Of a stretch of DNA of 29,385 nt, positions 19,259 through 26,918 are shown piece by piece. The stretch covers positions 1 to 29,385 of the forward strand of contig JBAXOY010000025.1 of NCBI GenBank assembly GCA_037133055.1, read 5' to 3'. Numbering within the stretch: the first letter of the stretch is position 1; every line of letters starts with the position of its first letter. The notes under the pieces are model-generated. The model was not told where the DNA came from and did no database searches. It worked only from the letters and a program-made list of their open reading frames with translations. The DNA comes from Chlamydiota bacterium. Its GTDB lineage: Bacteria; Auribacterota; Tritonobacteria; UBA1439. The translations under genes were made by a program, and so were the position numbers.

Positions 19259-20077
19259 ATGCACAGGGTCGTCGAGGTGCGGCTCAGGGAATCGGGCCGG
19301 GTGCACTACTACAACTGCGGCGAGGAGTCCTACCCGGCGGGGGACTACGTGATCGTCGAGGCGGACCGGGGCGAGGATTACGGGCTCGTCATGACCGAGC
19401 CGGAGACGATTCTCGACAGCGAGGCGGAGCAGCCGCTCCGGAACATCGTGCGGCGCCTGAGCCCCGCCGACGAGGAGCGCATCGCCGGGAACTGCCGCGA
19501 GGGGCGGACGGCGATGGAGACCTGCGGCGCCAAGATCGCCGAGCGGAAGCTCCCGATGAAGCTGATCGACGCCGAATACTCCTTTGACCGCTCGAAGATC
19601 ATCTTCTACTTCACGGCCGAGGGCCGCGTCGATTTCCGCGAGCTCGTGCGCGACCTCGCCTCGCACTTCAAGGCCCGCATCGAGCTCCGGCAGATCGGCG
19701 TCAGGGACGAGGCCCGGATGCTGGGGGGGATCGGCTGCTGCGGCCGCCAGCTCTGCTGCGCCACCTTCCTCAAGGATTTCGATGCGGTCAATATCCGCAT
19801 GGCGAAGGAGCAGCGGCTCCCCTTGAACCCGAGCAAGATCTCCGGGCTGTGCGGACGGCTCCTCTGCTGCCTCCGCTACGAGTTCGAGGCGTACAAGGAG
19901 CTGCAGCGCGGGATGCCGAAGGAGGGGACGGTCGTCACCACGCCCCTCGGCGAGGGGCGCGTCAAAGACGTGAACCTGCTCAAGCAGTCCGTGGGCGTCG
20001 AGCTCGAGAACGGCCGGATCGCCCAGGTGGCGGTGAAGGACATCAGCCGGCCGAAGGGGAGAAAACCGAAGGCATGA
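19259..20077 (+). CDS. ricT: PSP1-domain protein (RicT/YaaT family)
   Basis: 'FYFTAEGRVDFRELVRDLA', 'RIELRQIGVRDEA', 'GCCGRQLCC', 'MAKEQ', 'KISGLCGRLLCCLRYE'. Confidence 0.93.
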   Translation: MHRVVEVRLRESGRVHYYNCGEESYPAGDYVIVEADRGEDYGLVMTEPETILDSEAEQPLRNIVRRLSPADEERIAGNCREGRTAMETCGAKIAERKLPMKLIDAEYSFDRSKIIFYFTAEGRVDFRELVRDLASHFKARIELRQIGVRDEARMLGGIGCCGRQLCCATFLKDFDAVNIRMAKEQRLPLNPSKISGLCGRLLCCLRYEFEAYKELQRGMPKEGTVVTTPLGEGRVKDVNLLKQSVGVELENGRIAQVAVKDISRPKGRKPKA

Positions 20078-21606
20078 AGGACACTTTTTTCCTCACCACG
20101 GCGATCGACTACGTCAACGCACTGCCCCACCTGGGGACCGCCTACGAGAAGATCGGGGCGGACGCCCTGGCGCGGTACATGCGGCTCAAGGGGGTGGAGA
20201 CGTTCTTTTTGATGGGGGTCGACGAGCACAGCGCGAACGTGGAAAAGCAGGCGCGCGAGCAAGGCCTGCCGCCCCGGGAGTACTGCGATGAGATGAGCGC
20301 AAAGTTCCTGGAGGTCTGGCGCCGCCTGGGGATATCGTGCGACCGGTTCATCAGGACCACGGAAGACGCGCACGTCTCGACGGTCCGGGAGCTTTTCACG
20401 CGGATCCACCGCAAGGGGGAAATCTACAAGGCGAAGTACCGCGGCTGGTACTGCCTCTCCTGCGAGGCGTTCCTCAAGGACTCGGATCTCGAGGACGGGC
20501 TCTGCCCCACGCACGGGAAGAAACCGGAGTGGATCGAGGAGGATAACTACTTCTTCGCCCTCTCCCGCTACCAGGATGCGCTCCGGCGGCACATCGAGGA
20601 GCACCCTGAGTTCATCAGGCCGGAGATACGCCGGAACGAGATGGTGGGCCTCCTCTCCAAGGGACTCGACGACATCAGCGTCTCGCGCGCCGGGATCGAA
20701 TGGGGCATCCGCTGCCCGTTTGACGAGGACCAGGCGGTCTACGTATGGTTCGACGCCCTCATCAACTACGTTTCCGGGGCGGGGTTCTCCGACGACCCCG
20801 AGCGGTTTCCCCTCCGCTGGCCGGCGGACATCCACATCATCGGGAAGGACATCACCCGGTTTCACTGCCTTATCTGGCCGGCGATGCTCATGTCCGCGGG
20901 GTTGCCGCTTCCCCGGTCGGTCTGGGGGCACGGCTTCGTGCACCTCGGGGGAGAAAAAATGAGCAAGACCCGCGGGACGATGGTCGATCCCGTGGAACTC
21001 GCCGACGAATACGGCGCCGACGCCCTTCGCTACTTCCTCCTCAGGGAGGTGCCGTTCGACAGGGACGGAGAGTTCACCCCGGAGAAGTTCCGCGTGCGGT
21101 ACAGCGCGGACCTCTCGAACGACCTCGGCAACCTCTGCCAACGCACGCTCGTCCTTGTCGCGAAATACCTCGACGGCGCCGTTCCCTCGCCCTCTCCCGA
21201 CCAGGGGGGCGCGGACGGGGAGCTACGCTCCGCACTCCTCGGCGCCGCGCAGCCGTTCCGCGAGGAGATGGAGTCGCTGCGCTTCAGCCAGGCGCTCGAG
21301 AAGATCTGGGCGGTGGTGGGGCGCTGCAACCGCTACATCGACGAGTCCGCCCCGTGGAAACTCCGCAAGGACCCCGGGAGCGCCGCGAGATTCGCGGGGG
21401 TCGTCTACAACCTCTGCGAGGCGCTGCGGATACTCTCGGTGCTCGTCTCCCCGTTCATGCCGGCGACCGCGTCGGCGATGCGGGCCCAGCTCGGACTCCC
21501 GGCGGAGCTGAAACCCGGAGCGCTGGACGAGGCCGGGCGGTTCGGCCTGATCGAGGCCGGCACGCGCCTGGGAGAGGTGAAGGCGCTGTTCCCGAGGAAA
21601 GAGTGA
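20074..21606 (+). CDS. metG: Methionine--tRNA ligase, short form without the C-terminal tRNA-binding domain, 510 aa
   Basis: 'TTAIDYVNALPHLGTAY', 'DEH', 'FIRTT', Zn knuckle CLSC...CPTH, 'YVWFDALINY', 'GKDITRFH', KMSKT, 'DLSNDLGNL'. ATGA overlap with the PSP1 stop. Confidence 0.97.
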   Translation: MKDTFFLTTAIDYVNALPHLGTAYEKIGADALARYMRLKGVETFFLMGVDEHSANVEKQAREQGLPPREYCDEMSAKFLEVWRRLGISCDRFIRTTEDAHVSTVRELFTRIHRKGEIYKAKYRGWYCLSCEAFLKDSDLEDGLCPTHGKKPEWIEEDNYFFALSRYQDALRRHIEEHPEFIRPEIRRNEMVGLLSKGLDDISVSRAGIEWGIRCPFDEDQAVYVWFDALINYVSGAGFSDDPERFPLRWPADIHIIGKDITRFHCLIWPAMLMSAGLPLPRSVWGHGFVHLGGEKMSKTRGTMVDPVELADEYGADALRYFLLREVPFDRDGEFTPEKFRVRYSADLSNDLGNLCQRTLVLVAKYLDGAVPSPSPDQGGADGELRSALLGAAQPFREEMESLRFSQALEKIWAVVGRCNRYIDESAPWKLRKDPGSAARFAGVVYNLCEALRILSVLVSPFMPATASAMRAQLGLPAELKPGALDEAGRFGLIEAGTRLGEVKALFPRKE

Positions 21607-21631
21607 ATCGCCGATGAACTGGCGCCCCGTT

Positions 21632-21662
21632 TTTGGGATTTGGGATTTGGGATTTGGGATTT
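21632..21662 (-). repeat. TTT(GGGATTT)x4, the exact reverse complement of 10473-10503
   Basis: Four perfect GGGATTT units at 21635, 21642, 21649 and 21656, ending 7 nt before the tatD ATG. Confidence 0.95.
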
Positions 21663-21669
21663 CCCTCGC

Positions 21670-22512
21670 ATGCTGATCGACACGCACGCCCACCTCACGG
21701 ATCCCCGCTTCGCCGGGGACCTCGACGCGGTTCTGAGACGCGCCGGGGAGGCGGGCGTGGGGGCGATTCTGGACGTCGGCGACAGCGCCGCGAGCTCCGC
21801 ATCCTGCGTCGGGCACGCGCGAAGCTGCGCAGGAGTCTTTGCCGCGGTGGGCATACACCCCAACAACGCGGCGGAGGCTGAGCCCGGGGATCTCGATCGG
21901 ATCGCTGAGCTTGCCCTCGACGGCCGGGTCGCGGCGCTCGGCGAGACCGGGCTCGACTATTACCGGCGGCGCTCGCCGCGCGAAGCCCAGGAGCGGATCT
22001 TCCGCGGGACGCTGGACCTCGCACTCGGGACGGGGCTCCCGGTCGTCATGCATTGCCGGGATGCCTACGCCGCCCTGATCGGGGTGCTCGGCGAGGCGCG
22101 GTACGCGGGGATCCGCGGCGTGGTGCACTGCTTTTCGGGAACGGGAAACGACGCGGAGGCGATCGTCGGGCTCGGGCACTCCCTGTCCGTCGGCGGGCCG
22201 CTGACGTATCCGTCTAACGCCGGACTCAGGGACACGGTGCGCGCCGCGCCGATCGGGCGGATACTCGTCGAGACGGATTGCCCCTATCTTCCCCCCGAGG
22301 GGGAGCGCGGAAAGAGGAACGAGCCGGCGCTCGTCGCGCGGGTGGCGGACGATCTGGCCCGCCTCCGGGGGGTATCTCCCGGCGAGATCGCGCGGATCAC
22401 CACCGAGAACGCCCTGCGCCTGTTCACGAGGATGGGGGCGGCAGTGCGAACCGGCGATACTCTAATCTCCAAAGTCGCCCGCTCGCCCTTTCGCCCATTC
22501 ACCGGCTCATGA
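21670..22512 (+). CDS. tatD: TatD-family deoxyribonuclease
   Basis: 'MLIDTHAHL', 'GIHP', 'ALGETGLDYY', 'MHCRDA', 'VVHCFSG', 'LVETDCPYL', 'NEP', 'TTENA..LF'. Follows metG as in many bacteria. Confidence 0.95.
   Translation: MLIDTHAHLTDPRFAGDLDAVLRRAGEAGVGAILDVGDSAASSASCVGHARSCAGVFAAVGIHPNNAAEAEPGDLDRIAELALDGRVAALGETGLDYYRRRSPREAQERIFRGTLDLALGTGLPVVMHCRDAYAALIGVLGEARYAGIRGVVHCFSGTGNDAEAIVGLGHSLSVGGPLTYPSNAGLRDTVRAAPIGRILVETDCPYLPPEGERGKRNEPALVARVADDLARLRGVSPGEIARITTENALRLFTRMGAAVRTGDTLISKVARSPFRPFTGS
22475..22506 (+). repeat. Degenerate 8-bp array in the 3' end of tatD
   Basis: TCGCCCGC TCGCCCTT TCGCCCAT TCACCGGC, with a weak complementary arm at 22431-22458. Confidence 0.75.
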
Positions 22513-22543
22513 TACGGTATCGTAAAAAGGAAGAAAGTCAGGG

Positions 22544-23413
22544 ATGAGTGCAGTAAGCTCACTGAAAGGCCGCAGCCTCTGGCGCCAGGCCTGGCGGAGG
22601 CTGCTCGCCAACCGGATGGCGGTCGCGGGAGGCATCGTGGTCATCGTCATGGCCGCGCTCGCGCTGGCGGCGCCGCTCGTGAGCCCCTGCGGGTATGACG
22701 AGACCTCCCCGGAGCAGTACAGCCCCCCCTCGCGGCATCACCCGATGGGGACGGACATCCACGGGCGCGACTTGCTCACGCGGGTGCTCTACGGGGCACG
22801 GCTGTCGCTGGGGGTGGGGCTCGTCGCCACGGTGGTGAGCCTGGTGATCGGCGTCGGGTACGGCGCCGTCTCGGGCTACGCGGGAGGGAAGACCGACGAG
22901 GTCATGATGCGCGTCGTGGACATCATCTACTCGCTTCCGTACATGTTCTTTGTCATCATCCTCGTGGCCGTTTTCGGGAGGAGCGTGCTGCTCCTCTTCC
23001 TCGCGCTGGGGGCGGTGCAGTGGCTCACCGTGGCGCGCATCGTGCGGGGACAGGTCCTCTCGATCAAGGAGAAGGAGTTCATCCAGGCCGGGTACGCGAT
23101 CGGCGCGGGGCACGCGCGGATCATCGTCCACCACCTCCTGCCGAACGTGCTCGGGCCGGTGGTGGTGTACATGACCCTGACGGTTCCCGCGGTCATGCTC
23201 CAGGAGGCGTTCCTGAGTTTTCTGGGGCTCGGGGTGCCGCCGCCCGCGAGCTCGTGGGGCACGCTTATCGCCGACGGCGCATCCGCGATCAACGCGCTGA
23301 GGATCTACTGGTGGCTCCTGTTTTTCCCTGGCGCGGCGATGGCGGCGACGCTCTTCGCGATGAACTTCCTCGGGGACGGGCTCCGCGACGCGATCGACCC
23401 GCAACTGAGGTAG
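22544..23413 (+). CDS. oppC: Oligopeptide/dipeptide ABC transporter permease (OppC/DppC type)
   Basis: 'SLWRQAWRRLLANRMA', 'HPMGTDIHGRDLLTRVLYGARLSL', EAA-like loop 'KEKEFIQAGYAIGA', 'EAFLSFLGLG', 'GDGLRDAIDP'. Confidence 0.9.
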   Translation: MSAVSSLKGRSLWRQAWRRLLANRMAVAGGIVVIVMAALALAAPLVSPCGYDETSPEQYSPPSRHHPMGTDIHGRDLLTRVLYGARLSLGVGLVATVVSLVIGVGYGAVSGYAGGKTDEVMMRVVDIIYSLPYMFFVIILVAVFGRSVLLLFLALGAVQWLTVARIVRGQVLSIKEKEFIQAGYAIGAGHARIIVHHLLPNVLGPVVVYMTLTVPAVMLQEAFLSFLGLGVPPPASSWGTLIADGASAINALRIYWWLLFFPGAAMAATLFAMNFLGDGLRDAIDPQLR

Positions 23414-23419
23414 AAAAGA

Positions 23420-23444
23420 GCCGGACCGGTTTGACCCGTCCGGC
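23420..23444 (+). terminator. Hairpin after oppC (possible terminator or processing stem)
   Basis: GCCGGAC / GTCCGGC outer stem plus GGT / ACC inner stem. No U-tract on +. Confidence 0.4.
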
Positions 23445-23472
23445 GCGTTCCCGCCGTCGCGTCCGAACGATA

Positions 23473-23504
23473 TTGCATATACGGCGGCCCTTATGTAGTA
23501 TACT
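23473..23504 (+). promoter_or_regulatory. Putative sigma70 promoter for the GGDEF gene
   Basis: TTGCAT (23473-23478), 17 bp spacer, TAGTAT (23496-23501), overlapping TATACT (23499-23504). SD GAGGTGG lies before ATG 23522. Confidence 0.6.
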
Positions 23505-23521
23505 GGCGAAAGAGGTGGAAG

Positions 23522-24376
23522 ATGATTCCTCAGCGCTCGTTGTGGGAAAAGATGTTCCTGTTCATCGTGAGCATGCTGTTTGCGCTCGTGCTCGCGTTCA
23601 ATCTCCCCCAAAACACGCTTAGCCTGAGTTTTTTCATCATCCCGATCATCCTCGCGGCGAGCTACTACGGGCTTCCCGGGGGGCTCGGCTGCGCTGTCCT
23701 GAGCGCCGCCCTCGCCGCCGCCATCGCGCAGCGGTCCGGTATGATGCTGAAGGACCCGCAGCTCCTTCCGCAGATAATCCTCTATTTTCTCGTGGGAGGC
23801 TTCGGGGGGTTCATGCAGCAGGAGCAGAACCGCATCCAGCGGATGTTCCATCTCTCCTCGATCACCGACGAGCTGACCGGTCTCTACAACTACCAGCACT
23901 TCCGCACGCGCCTCGATGAAGAGGTCCGCCGCGCCAAGCGCTACGGCCACCCGCTCTCCCTCCTTATGTGCGATATCAACCAGTTCAAGCGCTACAACGA
24001 CACCTACGGCCACATGAACGGCAACTTCATCCTCAACAAGACCGCCAGCCTCATCAAAGACTCCATTCGCGAGAGCGATATACCCTTTCGCTACGGCGGC
24101 GACGAGTTCGCGGTCATCCTCCCGGAGACCGGCATGGATGCGCAGGGGGTCGCGGAGCGGATCGTCAAAGCCGTCAACTCCGCGTTCTCGCCCCAGAAGG
24201 GCGATCCGACAATGCGGCCGAGCATCACCGCGGGCGTGGCGGCACGGGACGCCGAGCGGCCGCTCTCCGCGTCCCTCCTCATCTCGTTCGCAGACCAGGC
24301 CCTTTACAAGGCGAAAACCTCCGGCGCGCCGTTCGCGATATTCAGAGTCGGCGACCCGGCCGTCGAAAAGGACTAG
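23522..24376 (+). CDS. Membrane-anchored GGDEF-domain protein (diguanylate cyclase family)
   Basis: About 4 hydrophobic N-terminal segments, 'TDELTGLYN', 'CDINQFKRYNDTYGH', I-site RESD, 'RYGGDEFAVILP', 'ADQALYKAK'. Confidence 0.93.
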   Translation: MIPQRSLWEKMFLFIVSMLFALVLAFNLPQNTLSLSFFIIPIILAASYYGLPGGLGCAVLSAALAAAIAQRSGMMLKDPQLLPQIILYFLVGGFGGFMQQEQNRIQRMFHLSSITDELTGLYNYQHFRTRLDEEVRRAKRYGHPLSLLMCDINQFKRYNDTYGHMNGNFILNKTASLIKDSIRESDIPFRYGGDEFAVILPETGMDAQGVAERIVKAVNSAFSPQKGDPTMRPSITAGVAARDAERPLSASLLISFADQALYKAKTSGAPFAIFRVGDPAVEKD

Positions 24377-24390
24377 GGTCGCCCCCCCCC

Positions 24391-25005
24391 GTGAATCGCC
24401 TCCACCCGTCCGCCGCTCCGCCGCCGCACGCGCGCACCGTCATCCTTGCCTCGCGCTCGAAGGCGCGCCGGGCCCTGCTCCGGCAGCTCGGGCTCAGCTT
24501 CCGCACGGCGGTTTCCCGCGTGGAAGAGGGGGGTGCGCATCGCCGCGGCTGCGCCGCGCTGGTCGTCTCGAACGCGCGCAGGAAAGCCCTGGACGTGGCG
24601 CGAAGGCGCCGGTCGGGAGTGGTCATCGCGGCCGACACCGTCGTCTCGGCGGGCGGGAAAATCATCGGCAAGCCGGCAAATCTCGCCGAAGCGCGAGCGA
24701 CGCTGAAACTCCTCTCGCGGCGCCCCCAATGGGTCCACACCGGCATCGCGGTCGTCGATGTCGACCGGGGCAGAACCTACACCGCGCGGGAGAAGACGAG
24801 GGTCGTCATGCGGCCCATGAGCGACCGCGAGATCAGCCGGTACTTCGGGAGGGTGTCCCCCCTCGACATGGCGGGGAGCTTTGATATCCAGGGGCTCGGG
24901 GCCGTGTTCGTCACGCGCGTGGAGGGGTGTTACTTCAACGTGGTCGGGCTCCCGCTTGCCGCGCTCTCCCGGCTCCTCCGCAGGGCCGGGATCGAGATCC
25001 CCTGA
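24391..25005 (+). CDS. maf: Maf-family nucleoside triphosphate pyrophosphatase (start uncertain; GTG 24391 chosen)
   Basis: 'ILASRSKARRALL', 'NARRKA', 'AADTVV...IIGKP', 'AGSFDIQG', 'EGCYFNVVGLP'. Confidence 0.9.
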   Translation: MNRLHPSAAPPPHARTVILASRSKARRALLRQLGLSFRTAVSRVEEGGAHRRGCAALVVSNARRKALDVARRRRSGVVIAADTVVSAGGKIIGKPANLAEARATLKLLSRRPQWVHTGIAVVDVDRGRTYTAREKTRVVMRPMSDREISRYFGRVSPLDMAGSFDIQGLGAVFVTRVEGCYFNVVGLPLAALSRLLRRAGIEIP

Positions 25006-25018
25006 CCGCCTTTGAGAG

Positions 25019-25052
25019 GTCGGACGGGTCCGACGAGTCAGACAGGTCGGAC
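25019..25052. repeat. 9-bp-period array of the interrupted palindrome GTCNGAC x4 between convergent genes
   Basis: GTCGGAC (25019), GTCCGAC (25028), GTCAGAC (25037), GTCGGAC (25046). Confidence 0.88.
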
Positions 25053-25065
25053 AGGTTCCTGACCC

Positions 25066-26718
25066 TTATCTTTTCTCCCAGTCTGCCCTGTCCGCGAGCA
25101 GCCTGTTGTCCGGGTCGGCCCCGAACGCGGGCGCGGGGATGGGGTGGAGGAGTCCCCGGAACGACGGATTTGCGGAGAGCGAGTCGAGGTCCCCCTGCTC
25201 CATGATCACGAAGGTCGTGGAGGGCCCCCCGAGCACCGCCCGGAGCTCCGCCGCACGGTCGAGCTCTCGCAGCGTCCGGTCCGCGTAAAAGGGAATGTAT
25301 CCCCGGATATTGTCGCCCGGCCGGTAGAGGTAGATCGCGCGGTCGCCGACGATATCCCAGGTCTCCCGGGCAAGATCGAAAAGGCACCTTTTCCTGTGGA
25401 AAACGCGGGCGACCGACGGAGCGGTGCTCACGATGAGCGCGCACAGCGTCAGGGCGATCAGGGGGAAGAGGGCGGCGGAGAATCGTCGCCTTCCCGTCGC
25501 CGCGGCGCACGCCCCGACAATCGGGAGCAGGAGGACCGAGGCGATCAGGAGCACGGCGCGCGCGCTAAGGAGCGGCGAGACGAGGCTGAGCGCCGCGAAC
25601 GGGAAGACCATGCCCATCCATGCCGCCCCGCGCCATGTCTCCTCTTCGTGAGGGGATGTGGTGTCGATGAGCCACGCTCCGATGAGCATCGCCATCGCCG
25701 TGTAGGAGGGAAGGATGTAGGTCCTCTCCTTGATGCTGGAGAGGGAGAAGACGAAGATCGGCAGAAACGCCCAGACGAGGAGAAAACCGATGAACCGCGC
25801 GTCGCCCCTGCCGCCCGTGCGTATCGCGGCGACCGCCCGCCATGCCGCGAACGGGAGGAACAGCACCCATGGCCCCATGATCTCGGGGAGCACATCGAGG
25901 TAGAAATGCCACGGGAGCCGGCGGCCGAGGTCGGTGTGGAAGAAGCGGGCGTCCGTGAGCTCGAAATGAATCCGGAGAAATCGCCCGAGGATGTTGTTGA
26001 CGAAGTGCTCGTAAAGGTACGGGACCCCTCCCTCCCGGTAGAAAAGGGCGAGCCATGCGGATACGGGAACGAGAAAGATGAGCAAAGGGAACGGCGCGAG
26101 CACCTCCCGCAGCGCGCCCCATCGGCGCGTCGCGGCGCAGAACGCCAGGATGATCAGCGCGATGGTGAAGACGGCGACAAACCCCTTCGTGAGGAACGCG
26201 CACGCCGAGAAAAACGCGCAGAGCGCGGGGGGGAGGCGCCGGCTGTCGCCGGAGTCGCCGATGAGCCCCCAGCCGAAACACGCGAGCGCGCACGAGCAGA
26301 ATGCGCCCACGGCGATGTCCAGCAGGATCACGTGGCTGTAGCGCCAGAACCGGGGCATGGTGAGGAGGACGAGGAGCACGAGCCAGGCGGCGTGCGTCCC
26401 GCGCCAGCGGCGGGCGAGGAGGAAGGCCGCGGCGAGCATCGCCGCGCCGAAAAACACGGAGACCGCCCGGGCGGCGGGCGGCGAGATGCGGCCGATTGCC
26501 GCATAGGAGAGGGCGACGAGGTCGTAGTAAAGCGGCGGCTTCTCAAGAAACGGCAGCCCGCACAGGCGGGGAACGATCCAGTGCCCGCCCCTGAGGGTCT
26601 CCCGTGCGATCTCCGCCTCGCGGGGCTCGTCGGGGCCGAAGAGATAGCGGTGGTTGACGCCCGTCGCCATCGCGGCCGCCACGGCCGCGGCGAGCAGCAG
26701 GGATGTTTTTCGCGGCAT
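25066..26718 (-). CDS. ArnT/PMT-like (GT-C fold) integral membrane glycosyltransferase
   Basis: 'PDEPREAEIARE', 'W..P...G.PFLEKPPLYY', 'AFLTKG', 'K..TYILP', and many TM segments. GGAG SD upstream on the - strand. Confidence 0.88.
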   Translation of the reverse strand: MPRKTSLLLAAAVAAAMATGVNHRYLFGPDEPREAEIARETLRGGHWIVPRLCGLPFLEKPPLYYDLVALSYAAIGRISPPAARAVSVFFGAAMLAAAFLLARRWRGTHAAWLVLLVLLTMPRFWRYSHVILLDIAVGAFCSCALACFGWGLIGDSGDSRRLPPALCAFFSACAFLTKGFVAVFTIALIILAFCAATRRWGALREVLAPFPLLIFLVPVSAWLALFYREGGVPYLYEHFVNNILGRFLRIHFELTDARFFHTDLGRRLPWHFYLDVLPEIMGPWVLFLPFAAWRAVAAIRTGGRGDARFIGFLLVWAFLPIFVFSLSSIKERTYILPSYTAMAMLIGAWLIDTTSPHEEETWRGAAWMGMVFPFAALSLVSPLLSARAVLLIASVLLLPIVGACAAATGRRRFSAALFPLIALTLCALIVSTAPSVARVFHRKRCLFDLARETWDIVGDRAIYLYRPGDNIRGYIPFYADRTLRELDRAAELRAVLGGPSTTFVIMEQGDLDSLSANPSFRGLLHPIPAPAFGADPDNRLLADRADWEKR

Positions 26719-26789
26719 GAGGGATACTCCGTTGCGCCGCGGCGGGGCCCATGGGATCGTGGATCGTGCACTCGACCGCGAGGACCCCT

Positions 26790-26819
26790 ATGGTACGGCA
26801 TACGCGGCCCGCGACTCAA
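26790..26819 (-). promoter_or_regulatory. Putative sigma70 promoter for the ArnT-like gene
   Basis: On the - strand: TTGAGT (26819-26814), 18 bp spacer, TACCAT (26795-26790). Confidence 0.45.
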
Positions 26820-26918
26820 GGTGAAAATGGGCACGGGGGGGGTCTGCTCACCCTGACGTTGCTGTCTTCACGGGCTCCCGGTTAGGGTATACTATCCGCA
26901 TCCACGAGAGGACGTTCC

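Noticed and set aside
21632..21662. Eukaryotic telomere-like contamination
   Set aside because: GGGATTT is the reverse, not the complement, of TTTAGGG. It is embedded between intact bacterial genes, and related arrays occur inside mcsB and ispD.
26754..26767. GGATCGT x2 as another junction repeat
   Set aside because: Only two units; not distinguishable from chance without a genome-wide count.
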